Shown here: positions 11,997-24,035 of the stretch, in pieces
Numbering within the stretch: the first letter of the stretch is position 1
Layout of the letters: each line of letters begins with the position of its first letter
Source: Octopus bimaculoides
Taxonomy: Eukaryota
Assembly: GCF_001194135.2 (NCBI RefSeq)
Contig: NC_068986.1
Span: 67,496,588-67,528,813, forward strand
DNA: 32,226 bases
Direction of reading: 5' to 3'
Notes under the pieces: generated by a model
What the model saw: only the letters and a program-made list of their open reading frames with translations
Told to the model about the DNA's origin: nothing
Database searches by the model: none
Translations under genes and position numbers: made by a program

Positions 11997-14253
11997 GCGT
12001 GTGTGTATGTGCGCGCGCGCGCGCGTGTATGTAAATATATATGAAATATATATATATACATATACATACTCGAACACATATGTATGAAACATATATATTT
12101 GTTTATGCATAATCATGATCATATTGTATTAGAGCTTATATTTTAGGGATAAAATTTTTAGTGTCGATATCATCCCTAAATATTATAGCTGTTTTGTGGC
12201 TTTTTGTGGGCTTTTTTTTTTTTTTTGGCATGCAAGCATTATAATCCATGCTATTCTACATTGCGCTTTTATCTTTCGCAGACAAACAGTGATAAAGCAT
12301 TGAGTGACTTAGTGCAATAGAGTGTTCAATTAGTGAAAGCAAGCGTCGAAATGTAATAGATAACGTTGTGCATCACTTTTATTGTCTTTGTACTGTCTTC
12401 GCCATCTTTACTGCTTCGTATTTATATATTCATATTATAATTGCTAACAAACAATAAATAAATAAATAAATGTATTCAGCAAATCAATATTGATACTGTT
12501 TCACAATATCGTTCTTTTCATTTAATGATAATTTCTTTCAAAATATACTTCTGTGTATTTATTTTCCATTTTGCTACCGATACATAATCTGTTTAGTTCC
12601 ACTGAAGTGCACAATACAAGTTTTAATTCGTTCATTCATTTTGTTTATTTGCAATGTAAAGATAAAGCTGAAATCTAAAAGCATGTTTTAGAACTTACTC
12701 TTGGGCAGCGTGCATGTAATCCAGACGTCATAATTAATACGCATTTTAATACTGCATTCGAACTAATTAATTGAGTTGAAATAATCTTGAAAATATTCAA
12801 AATATCATTAACTCCGTTTAGAAAACCTCAAACAAGTTGATTTATGTGGCAATGGATATTCAACAGTCCATACGATCAATACAGTAGCCGGGAACTGATT
12901 GTAGTATGAATTGTAATTAATCATATTATCAATAATGGTTGCATTGGTGGCGGAAATCTTCTAACTAACTTTCAATAGATGATTCTGTTGTTTGACATTT
13001 AAACATGACCAGCTTTGATACAGATAATTCGGAATTCGGAACAGTTCTCGTATTACTAATATTTTTCTCACAATTAGTACACTAATTAATTTCATTCCAA
13101 TTAAGTATTAAACTTACCTTCATGAAACTTCGGCATTGCCATCTTACTTCAGTGAGCTTTGAACTAAGCAAGTGAACAATCCATATTTAATGTTCTATAT
13201 AATGTATTAGGTCAGTTTATCTTGATAAGTAATAGGAAAACTTTTTCTTCGAACTTCTGCAATAACGTGACATCGTATATATCACATTATTGCACTTAAT
13301 TGCAATTTAAAGATATTGAAATCAAATTTTATACTTTATCTCACAGAAAACATTCAGTTACCAAAAATTATTGCTAAATATAATAAATAAATTCTCGTAA
13401 GTTCCAATACGTCAATTGCATATTTGTATTTTATCTACAACGGCTATTTGCGAAATGAATAAATTTGATATACTGGTTAATTTTTAATAACCCAGTCAGC
13501 AACTTTTCCATAAAATTATCTTTATCTACTTTTAAAATATGAATTTTATTTATTGATATGTAACCTTAACCAAAACATTTTACTATATAGATTTTGGCAT
13601 GGGAATCAATATATAAAGCTGTCGAAATTATGAATCTTTCAAGCATATTAATAAGTTAACTATGAAATAGTGTTCTTAACTGGGTAAAGATTTTACACAA
13701 ACTATTTTGATTTCTAGTATGATCTGCAGAGAAGCAAATCTAAACAAACAATGAAATAACTGTATATAGTATTTTATAGTCCGAAGGTAAAAGCGTTTGA
13801 GAAGTGATAGAAAATTATTTGTAATAATATACAATTGAATGTCCTTGTCTTTCTTTGTCGGATATTTAAAATTAATAGGAACGTGTAGATAATGAGATAA
13901 TTGTGTAGATAAAAGTGTAGATAATAAAAATGAGATAATTTATATGATATATTCTTTTCATATGGATTGGATAAATGTCAAGGTAATTCTACTAAATGTA
14001 ATTGAAAAAGACACGGTAATTGCTCAAACTGGAGATTTTTTTGTTACGATACATTAAGTTACAATAAGTAAAACTAGAGGGGGAAATATAAAAATCAGAA
14101 AATTAAGACAAATGGAGGGTCGCTTCACTCTGCACACGTCATCTGATGTTAACTCTGTAGTTGCACTAAGATAATAAAAATGAATAAATATCTCAATTGA
14201 ATGTCTGATATTTATATATAACAAGTTCGTTGCGACGTTCTTCCCCATAACGC

Positions 14254-14425
14254 TTCTCTTCACTCCTACTTCTCTTCACTCTTACTTCTCTTCACTCCTA
14301 CTTCTCTTCCTACTTCTCTTCATTCCTACTTCTCTTCACTCCTACTTCTCTTCACTCCTACTTCTCTTCCTACTTCTCTTCATTCCTACTTCTCTTCACT
14401 CCTACTTCTCTTCACTCCTACTTCT
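14254..14425. repeat. Pyrimidine-rich 16/12-bp minisatellite (cctacttctcttcact) with a 60-bp higher-order unit, running into a gap
   Basis: 14281-14340 and 14341-14400 differ at one base. Confidence 0.95.
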
Positions 14426-15269
14426 NNNNNNNNNNNNNNNNNNNNNNNNNNNNNNNNNNNNNNNNNNNNNNNNNNNNNNNNNNNNNNNNNNNNNNNNNNN
14501 NNNNNNNNNNNNNNNNNNNNNNNNNNNNNNNNNNNNNNNNNNNNNNNNNNNNNNNNNNNNNNNNNNNNNNNNNNNNNNNNNNNNNNNNNNNNNNNNNNNN
14601 NNNNNNNNNNNNNNNNNNNNNNNNNNNNNNNNNNNNNNNNNNNNNNNNNNNNNNNNNNNNNNNNNNNNNNNNNNNNNNNNNNNNNNNNNNNNNNNNNNNN
14701 NNNNNNNNNNNNNNNNNNNNNNNNNNNNNNNNNNNNNNNNNNNNNNNNNNNNNNNNNNNNNNNNNNNNNNNNNNNNNNNNNNNNNNNNNNNNNNNNNNNN
14801 NNNNNNNNNNNNNNNNNNNNNNNNNNNNNNNNNNNNNNNNNNNNNNNNNNNNNNNNNNNNNNNNNNNNNNNNNNNNNNNNNNNNNNNNNNNNNNNNNNNN
14901 NNNNNNNNNNNNNNNNNNNNNNNNNNNNNNNNNNNNNNNNNNNNNNNNNNNNNNNNNNNNNNNNNNNNNNNNNNNNNNNNNNNNNNNNNNNNNNNNNNNN
15001 NNNNNNNNNNNNNNNNNNNNNNNNNNNNNNNNNNNNNNNNNNNNNNNNNNNNNNNNNNNNNNNNNNNNNNNNNNNNNNNNNNNNNNNNNNNNNNNNNNNN
15101 NNNNNNNNNNNNNNNNNNNNNNNNNNNNNNNNNNNNNNNNNNNNNNNNNNNNNNNNNNNNNNNNNNNNNNNNNNNNNNNNNNNNNNNNTCTCCCCCTTTT
15201 CTTAGCTCTCCTGTGTAAAATTTCTAACTTCCGGTTAGCCATAGCTATGATTGACCGTTGACCGAACAC

Positions 15270-15447
15270 TATTCAATTTTTTTTCTCCGTGTTTTTCTCC
15301 TTGTCTCCGTATTCTTTCTGTTGAAGAGCGTAGCTCGAAACGTTAAAGACTTTCCGTATTCCCGAGCGTCATACTAATACATCCTTTTGTTGTTTACACC
15401 ACCTGTCCTCGTCTGTTGTTGTTTTTTCGTACATTCTCCCATATATG
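15270..15447 (+). mobile_element. Short non-autonomous repeat, family C (PLE-terminus-like), carrying a hammerhead-like motif
   Basis: Homologous to 23890-24035: gaagagcg.a.gctcgaaac...taatacatc..tttg.tgtttacac.acctgtc.tcgtct. Confidence 0.7.
15313..15349 (+). ncRNA. Minimal hammerhead-like motif (A6U variant)
   Basis: Stem I TCTTT/AAAGA; core CTGTTGA + A; stem II GAGC-gta-GCTC; GAA; palindromic stem III ACGT; U17. Confidence 0.55.
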
Positions 15448-16629
15448 AAAATAGACATCGACAATTTAAAAATAGATTGCATCTGAAAATAATAACAAAA
15501 AGAGGAAATCCAATTTCTCAGCAACTAAATAAACCTAAATATCTTATAAAATATACATGATTACACAACTGAATTTGATTTATAGTGACTCTGTATGAAT
15601 TCATAGAAATGAAAGATTACTGATATGTCGTCATTCATGAGTTCCTTTACGACTGTATACTAAATTTAGAGAGATAATTAACCGATAGATGTCGACTAAC
15701 CATGTGATGAGAAATTCATCTTACATAACAGAAAAATATTCTCAGACTCCTGTAATTTTCTAACAGACGATGAATGGTAAGTATCATTTCCTTAAACTAG
15801 TTTTCAAGAAGTCTGTTTTTCTAGCTTTCAATGTCGTCTTTCCGAGAATAGAAAATATAAGCTTTGGACGTTAGCCATTGTTGCTTTTTTGTTCTCCAGT
15901 ATAACTTATACCGGCTTACTCTTAGTCGGCCAGCTATCTCCAGTCCTTGTGACTATATATATCTACTATCATTTACTTATTCAAAGTGTAACGAATTGGA
16001 TGCTTGTTATATATAACATGTTTTAGTTTCTCTGTACAAAATACTACAGTGGTAATCTACTACTTTTATTTTTTATATTAGCCTATCAGTAACTCTTCTG
16101 GGATAATATTCTGATTCAATTATACAACTGGCTGCTTGACAATGCGGTTGAGTAAATCTGTGAAACAATCGATTCTTGATATATTTTTACTATGAAACAT
16201 CTACAATGATCGGTGAAGACTTGGTGAACCACCTCTAATACTGAAATTAAAAAAAAAAAATCTTCCATTGCATAAAAACGCACACACAAGTATGACTTGG
16301 ATGACATGGGATTTTCACTGGTATACGAACTGATAAATGTGCATATTTTTTATACTTTCATATTAGGCAGATATTGCAGAGTAGAGAGGTTCTCGAAAAC
16401 TGAATTCAAACTTTCAATTTTCAAAAGGAACTGCTTCACTTACACAACAAATCTTCCACTTACGCATACTACACTCAGATGTTCAGGCGCATGCGTAAGC
16501 GCTTACACACACACACACACACAATTCACTTATGTGGAATTGATCAACAAAACTGTTATAGAAGTATTTCATACGATGTGATGAGTAATAATATATAAAT
16601 ACATATTTTTGTATTCATCTGTATCAAAC

Positions 16630-16692
<63 letters not shown>

Positions 16693-16854
16693 GACAAACA
16701 CACACACATACAAACACACATATGTGTATATGTGTGTGTATATACATACCCACATTGAGTGATTATATGTAGTAGAGTGTGTCTTATTTTACACCCACCA
16801 ATGAATATAATATATCATTTTTATATTCATTGATGTTTCTTTTACGTGTATCAT

Positions 16855-17051
16855 AATTTTGGCACAAGTCCAGCGATTTCGGGAGAGGGTGTACGTCGAT
16901 TACATCGACTCCAGTGCTCAACTGGTACTTATTTTGTCGTTCCCTAAAGGATGAAATACAAAGTTGACCCCAGCAAAATTTGAACTCAGAATGTGAAGAC
17001 GGACGAAATGCAGCTCACCCAGCGTGTTAACGGTTCTGCCGGCTCACCGCC
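16855..17051 (-). mobile_element. Full-length SINE family B (tRNA head plus Meta-like core)
   Basis: Minus strand reads ggcggtgagccggcagaaccgttaac...ttctgagttcaaattt...gtcaactttgtatttcatcc...aaaataagtaccagttgagcactggagtcgatgtaatcgac. Confidence 0.85.
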
Positions 17052-17103
17052 TTATAATGTTGTATCATATATTAACCATCGGCTACACACACACACACAC
17101 ACA

Positions 17104-17141
<38 letters not shown>

Positions 17142-17216
17142 NNNNNNNNNNNNNNNNNNNNNNNNNNNNNNNNNNNNNNNNNNNNNNNNNNNNNNNAGAG
17201 ATATATATGTGTGTGT

Positions 17217-17254
<38 letters not shown>

Positions 17255-17696
17255 TGTGTTTGTGATTTTATAGTGAAATGTGAAATTATGTAAAAAAAAT
17301 TAAGAACCATTATAGTCTATAGAATGTAAAAATGTATGCGTTGTAATTCCGGTTCCAATACAATATTCCAAATGTATCCATGTGTTTTCCTATAATCCTC
17401 ATTCATTGAGAATGCCTTTATGAAATTTGGCATATATCTGCCTCTTGGCTTCGTCACAATAAATCTAATATTGTTATACAACATTTGACAAACGAAGATA
17501 TTTGTGTAGTAATAGTTGATAAAATACTTACATGTACACATACACAAAAGCACACAAATCAGGTTGCTTACATACATTCATATACATATATCGCATACAT
17601 ACACACACATGTACATACAGATATATAAATACATACATGTATATATATATGTATATATATATATATATATATGTATACACACACACACACACACAC

Positions 17697-17728
<32 letters not shown>

Positions 17729-18238
17729 GTATANNNNNNNNNNNNNNNNNNNNNNNNNNNNNNNNNNNNNNNNNNNNNNNNNNNNNNNNNNNNNNNNNNN
17801 NNNNNNNNNNNNNNNNNNNNNNNNNNNNNNNNNNNNNNNNNNNNNNNNNNNNNNNNNNNNNNNNNNNNNNNNNNNNNNNNNNNNNNNNNNNNNNNNNNNN
17901 NNNNNNNNNNNNNNNNNNNNNNNNNNNNNNNNNNNNNNNNNNNNNNNNNNNNNNNNNNNNNNNNNNNNNNNNNNNNNNNNNNNNNNNNNNNNNNNNNNNN
18001 NNNNNNNNNNNNNNNNNNNNNNNNNNNNNNNNNNNNNNNNNNNNNNNNNNNNNNNNNNNNNNNNNNNNNNNNNNNNNNNNNNNNNNNNNNNNNNNNNNNN
18101 NNNNNNNNNNNNNNNNNNNNNNNNNNNNNNNNNNNNNNNNNNNNNNNNNNNNNNNNNNNNNNNNNNNNNNNNNNNNNNNNNNNNNNNNNNNNNNNNNNNN
18201 NNNNNNNNNNNNNNNNNNNNNNNNNNNNNNNNNNNNNA

Positions 18239-18308
18239 AAAATCCTTGAAGGCGGTGCTCCAGCTTGGCCACCGTCAAATGACTGAAAGAAGTAAAAGAG
18301 TAAAAGAA
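18239..18308 (+). mobile_element. 3' tail of SINE family A emerging from a gap
   Basis: ggcggtgctccagcttggccaccgtcaaatgactgaaagaagtaaaagag matches the tails at 21100-21154 and 31270-31345. Confidence 0.8.
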
Positions 18309-18831
18309 TATATATATATGTGTATATTTGGTAACTTTAGGTGAGTTAAAATATGTTTGTAACATACTTCAACTTCAAATTCAAAAAGCAAATTCTCTAG
18401 AGCGGAGAAAAAAATTCTCTTATGGCAAAATGTGTAACAACACCATTTGTGACCAGTGTTGCCCCTTATCAGATTCCTAGATGCGTTTGTAGCTCTTTAG
18501 CCGATGTCACTGGGAAATACCGAAGAGAAGTAACTCAGAGAACATTTTAAAGCCTTATCTTTAAACAAAACAGTCAACAATATTAACCGAGCTGCACCAT
18601 GGAACTGCCAGTTCTGAAAAAATTCAGCTGCATCAGCGCCAAACTGTGTTTAGGCATAAGCGAACTTAAAAGTAAATTTTTCCAACGCAGTGGGCAAATT
18701 CCAAAAGACAATAAGTAAAACAATGTACAAAAATCTGATTGTGGAAACACCCACAGCCAGCCAGAGGATTGTGAAAACCACTCACCCTCCCTCAGCAGTA
18801 AGTACTACATTGTTTCTTTTCATTATCGACT

Positions 18832-20412
18832 ATGGTCACGCTCAAGTTAGGCAGTTTGAATGTAAGCAAGGACGTTTTCTCAACGACCTCAAGTCACTAG
18901 AATTGGATGTCGTAGCAATTAAAGAAACCAGTCTGACCGGGCCGCAAGCTTTCTTCGATGATTACGAGATCTACGCGTCTCTGTATCAGCTGAGGTCGGT
19001 GTGGTGTACCTGCGTTTTTGTTCAGGAAAGATCTGGATCTGGAGCTTAAGGCAGTCTATGTGTGCCTAGAAGGCAAGCTGGTCGCCCTCGATGTCAATAG
19101 TACTGCGGATGTTGCTTTCAGACTGGTCGCTGTCTGTGCACCGACAGTTGTTGGACAGTCAGATTATTTCAGGCGTCTGGAGACACTCCTGAGAACGTCT
19201 CATTCTTTAGTATTATGGGGCAATTTCAACACAGTCCTAGATTCAGTTGTGGACTGTGTAGTGTCAAAAAGTAGTAGAAGCGGAAATAAGTGCCTCGCAA
19301 ACATGCTCAAACGTTTTCAATTGTTTGACAGGTATCGACTGATTACCTGAATATGCCAATGTAGACTTGGGCCAACCGCACTGGGTCATCCAGATCATAT
19401 TTAGATAGGGTTTTCGTTAGGAATACAGATAAGGATAGTATAATTTGTCCACACTATCAAATCGTCAGCTATAAAGACCACAAGTTTGTGATCTGTAATC
19501 TTGACTTAGCTAGATTTCGTAAGCGGGACCCCGCTTACTAGGAGCTGAACACGTCGCTCCTGACATGCCAAGCTTACAATAACCGGATTAGAGAGTTTGT
19601 CAAACGGGCTTTGAAAGGCATCATTATCAACAACGCCTGGTGGTATGCCTTAAAAAGAGCAATCAAAGCAGAGTCATTTAGATTTAGCAAGACTTTAGCG
19701 CTAGAAAGAAACAAAATACAGAATAAATTAGATCTTTAGAAGAGGCTTTAAGGGTAGGCAGTGCAACCGAATGGCAGGCATCGAGATTGGCCCTCGATTA
19801 ACACCTCAATGCTAAATGCGAAGGTTACATTGTCAGAGCTAAGGCAAATGCTATAAGACAAGAGGGGGTCAACGCTGCTTAATGGGCAACAGAGTCACCA
19901 TTCGGTCTTTGGTTGACCAAAATGGGTGCATAATAGACGAGCTCAATCAGATGTGTGAAGCCTTTCAGTGGCACTTCACATAATCGTTTGAGAGGAATAG
20001 TGTGCTAGAACTGCACGGAATTCCTCGTTGGCTTGCCGTAGCTCTCGGCAAGGGAGGCAGAGCATTGTGAAGGACGGATAACAGCCAAAGAGGTGGTAGA
20101 CTGCACGGCGAGCAAGTCGCTGTGTTTGGGTGGTCTGTCCTACGAACTTTATAATAGTATGCCAGACTACGGCAACTGGCAACTGGCAACACAATGGTGC
20201 TGCTAAAGAAAGACCAAAACAAGAGGGATGTAATTAAAAATTTCAGGGCCATCACTCTGCGAAATGCAGATTTGAAGATTTTGGCCAAGCTACTAGGGAA
20301 GAGGTTGGCGCTTGTCATCGAGAAATTGGTTGGTGATGCGCAAACCTATGCCATCCCAAACAGAACTATCCACAACCTCTGCCACTGCGCTTCACCATAG
20401 ATAAGGTGGTAT
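18832..20412 (+). mobile_element. Decayed Tx1/L1-clade LINE ORF2 (APE endonuclease to start of RT), broken off at the 3' side
   Basis: MVTLKLGSLNV.../DVVAIKET/RLVAVCAP/LWGNFNTVLD/SYLDRVFV/DHKFV/LNTSLL/...VLLKKDQNK...NFRAITLRNADLKILAKLLGKRLALVIEKLVGDAQTYAIPNRTIHNL; many stops and frameshifts. Confidence 0.9.
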
Positions 20413-20461
20413 ATAGTTTTCCTTTTTGATGGTACATTGCTAAACAGCTGCCAAATTAAAT

Positions 20462-20505
<44 letters not shown>

Positions 20506-20856
20506 NNNNNNNNNNNNNNNNNNNNNNNNNNNNNNNNNNNNNNNNNNNNNNNNNNNNNNNNNNNNNNNNNNNNNNNNNNNNNNNNNNNNNNNNNNNNNNN
20601 NNNNNNNNNNNNNNNNNNNNNNNNNNNNNNNNNNNNNNNNNNNNNNNNNNNNNNNNNNNNNNNNNNNNNNNNNNNNNNNNNNNNNNNNNNNNNNNNNNNN
20701 NNNNNNNNNNNNNNNNNNNNNNNNNNNNNNNNNNNNNNNNNNNNNNNNNNNNNNNNNNNNNNNNNNNNNNNNNNNNNNNNNNNNNNNNNNNNNNNNNNNN
20801 NNNNNNNNNNNNNNNNNNNNNNNNNNNNNNNNNNNNNNNNNNNNNNNNNNNNNNNN

Positions 20857-20914
<58 letters not shown>

Positions 20915-20940
20915 GTGTGTGTGCGTGTGTGTGTATCTAT

Positions 20941-21154
20941 GTATATGTCTCTGTGTTTATCCTCCCCATCCACCGCTTGACAACCGGTCTTGGTTTATGT
21001 GCCCGTAACTTAGTGGTTCCACAAAAAACATCGATAAAATAAGTCCCAGGCTTCAAAGAAAGCACTGAGGTCGATACATTCGACTATAAATTCTTCAAGA
21101 CGGTGCCCCAGCATGGCCGCAGTCTAATGACCGAAACAAGTAAAAGAGAAAAGA
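20941..21154 (+). mobile_element. 3' half of SINE family A following the (GT)n tract and gap
   Basis: tgtttatcctcccc..cgcttgacaaccg...gataaaataagt...gcatggccgcagtctaatgaccgaaacaagtaaaaga matches 31270-31505 (-). Confidence 0.85.
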
Positions 21155-22016
21155 TATATGTATATAACTATAAAACTCTATTATTTGTTTGCATCTTATG
21201 CAATGTCTAAATTTATAAGTTCAATAGTAAATTCTATACATTACATACATTTGTAATTTTCTATGTATTATTATTTGGCGGAATACAAAATTATTCGTTG
21301 ATAAAAGAACTAATCTTATACCGGGTGAAAACGGACGTGGGAAAGTGTGTAATACAAGATAATTTATCATATTTACACAAAATGAAAACGCTTCATCGTA
21401 TTCATTTTCCTTTTCTTCTCTGTTTGCACGAACAAAAAAAGATGTACATTGGCGAATGCGAGATCAATATAAGTATAAAGTTATTCAGTAAGATGTGCTC
21501 TGTTCTGTTTTCCAACAGCACTGATGCATATTGGCAGCTGTCATCGTTTCCATTGATTAAAGAGACATGGACCAATTCTTTGCGTCAGAGAGAGATTTGA
21601 GTTCCAATCACTTTGGATTAAATAAAAGGAAGAAACAGTATGAAATGAAATGCAGTGTAGAGTGATGTAAAGTAAAGAAAAAAACTGAGGTGAAATTGAG
21701 CGTTGCAAATATCTGAAGACTTCTCGAAAAATGACTTACCTCGTAATTTTACATTTATAACCATTCTATCTTTCTCTATCTCCCTTTTACTCTCTCAACA
21801 CACACATAAGCATATGTATTCTTGATATATATATATATATATATATAAACATGTGTGTGTGTGTGTGTGTGTGTGTGAGTGAGTGTATATATAGATTTAT
21901 GTTATACACATCTATATCCATCAATACATCTTTCACCATACAAACACATACAGACTTATATATATTTACTTATATACACACACGCACACACACACGCACA
22001 CACACGCACGCACACA

Positions 22017-22075
<59 letters not shown>

Positions 22076-22683
22076 ACACACACACACATATATCGTGTAG
22101 GAATGACAAATCCAAGCTGTGTCCTCTTGAAGCACTTCTGTTTATTCTGGTATTACAATCAAGTATGTATTTACTGTATTGGTGTGAGATACATTTTAGA
22201 TTTGATAATTCTGATAAAATTGTCTGCAGAGTTACTCTATAATAAAACAGGATGTTTGAGCATTTTTTTAGTACTATTCAATCACCATTACGCATGTGAA
22301 TCCTATTAGCAAATAAAACATCTGTAATAGTGATTTGATTAAACAATACCAAAAATTTCCGAACTTCCTACTTTTATCCACCCATCTATCCATCCATATA
22401 TACATACATTCATATACGGACATAATCCATACCGGAGCCCTGCCTGTTAACCAAATTTTCCCCTTAGATGCGTAACTGAATATATATATATATATANNNN
22501 NNNNNNNNNNNNNNNNNNNNNNNNNNNNNNNNNNNNNNNNNNNNNNNNNNNNNNNNNNNNNNNNNNNNNNNNNNNNNNNNNNNNNNNNNNNNNNNNNNNN
22601 NNNNNNNNNNNNNNNNNNNNNNNNNNNNNNNNTGTGTATGTATATAGATATATATATATATTCAGTTACGCATCTAAGGGGAA

Positions 22684-22714
<31 letters not shown>

Positions 22715-22721
<7 letters not shown>

Positions 22722-23446
22722 TATTAATAAGAGTAGGGATTGATATTAATCAATTAAAACCAGTGGTCTAGCATATTAAAAAAATCCGAAGATTAAAATG
22801 ATATTACATACAAAAATAAGAGGAATGACCAGCAAAAGTGAACTCCTATATGCTAGAAATAGATGCTGACTCATCTAACCACGAACAAATATGTTCTCAG
22901 TAAAAAATTAGCGACACAACAGACTGTAAAAGGGCAAGACAAATGAAAAAATACTAAAAAAAAAAAAACGATAGACGTACGTACCATGGTTTCACCTGTT
23001 AAAATTTACGTAAGTAATTATCTGCAGGATCATCAGCGTAGTCTGTCGATTTAAAAATATAATTTCCAGAACTAGACATAAGACGTCCACCCGAAATGGA
23101 GCACGTGTAGAGTTCTACAAATTACACTCAGTGTATCCCTTCAAATGTCTTCAATCTGGCGCGCTAAGGCCGGAAATAACTCTGCAGTTAATAACTTTTT
23201 GGAGCTAATTTACCAGTTTGAGAATATCATTATTTAAAATTTATTAATAAGGGTAGAAATGGATATTAATCAATTAAAACCAGTGATCTAGCATATTAAA
23301 AAAATCCGAAGATTAAAATTATATTGCATACAAAAATAAGAGGAATGACCAGCAAAAGTGGACTCCTATATGCTAGAAATAGATGCCGAATCATCTAACC
23401 ACGAAGAAATATGTTCTCAGTAAAAAATTAGAGACACAACAGACTG
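22715..23446 (-). mobile_element. Terminally redundant retrozyme- or PLE-like non-autonomous element: 212-bp direct repeats (22715-22926 and 23235-23446), 520-bp period, internal hammerhead
   Basis: Repeats differ at 12 of 212 positions by my count, with no indels; hammerhead at 22973-23044; adjoins (TA)n. Confidence 0.75.
22973..23044 (-). ncRNA. Type I hammerhead ribozyme with minimal palindromic stem III
   Basis: Minus strand: AGACTACG CTGATGA T CCTG-(26 nt)-CAGG T GAA ACCATGGT A CGTA(c)GTCT. Stem I has 8 bp with one bulge; GUA triplet; predicted cut between 22982 and 22981. Confidence 0.75.
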
Positions 23447-23592
23447 CTTGTTTGTTGTAACTTGTTTATCATTTTGTCCATGTTCTTTTGCCACGTCATG
23501 TACCCAGTTATGTATCTATATGTACATGTAGATGAAGGTATGTACATACATGTACATATATATGCATATACTCATATATTGTTTGTATATAT

Positions 23593-23629
<37 letters not shown>

Positions 23630-23889
23630 ATGGTCTCTCCCATGGGTTGCGTCATAAGTGTTTGAAGGAGAGGACTTAGAAGTGAAATAGAGTAACAGAA
23701 AGACAATTACATCATTAAAAGCAAAACGTGAATTAAGTGTAAAATTTGACATTTAGGGTATTTCTCACAACCAGTATATGATGCGTATTGACCCTCTCAT
23801 CTCGGCTACAGTTGAGAGGGTCTCACATACCCACACACATGCACACACACGCGCACATGTATTCTGTTATCTATCTATTGTCACCGTTT

Positions 23890-24035
23890 ATTTCCGTGTT
23901 CCTTTCTTGTCGAAGAGCGAAGGCTCGAAACATAAAAACTCTCTCACTTGCCGTGCATTAATCTAATACATCTGTTTGATGTTTACACACCTGTCTTCGT
24001 CTTTTGTTGTTTTTTCTTTTGTAAATTCTCACTAT
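23890..24035 (+). mobile_element. Second copy of family C, with a more decayed hammerhead-like motif (23903-23938)
   Basis: tttCTTGTCGA-A-GAGC-gaag-GCTC-GAA-ACAT-A-aaaa; homologous to 15270-15447. Confidence 0.65.

Noticed and set aside
12817-12897. LENLKQVDLCGN leucine-rich-repeat-like peptide
   Set aside because: A single repeat bounded by stops with no plus-strand splice support.
14254-14425. CRISPR array or other prokaryotic system
   Set aside because: Tandem repeats here lack unique spacers, and the whole window is eukaryotic repeat DNA with no operon-like ORFs.
21712-21735. CTGAAGA...CGAAA on the plus strand
   Set aside because: No stem II or stem III.
6343-22309. Long ORFs spanning N runs or made of CV/HT/YI/ER dipeptides
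   Set aside because: They are translations of microsatellites and gaps, not genes.
23630-23780. PLE ORF remnant upstream of the family C copy
   Set aside because: Only a faint resemblance (KDNYIIK) with many stops; not supportable.
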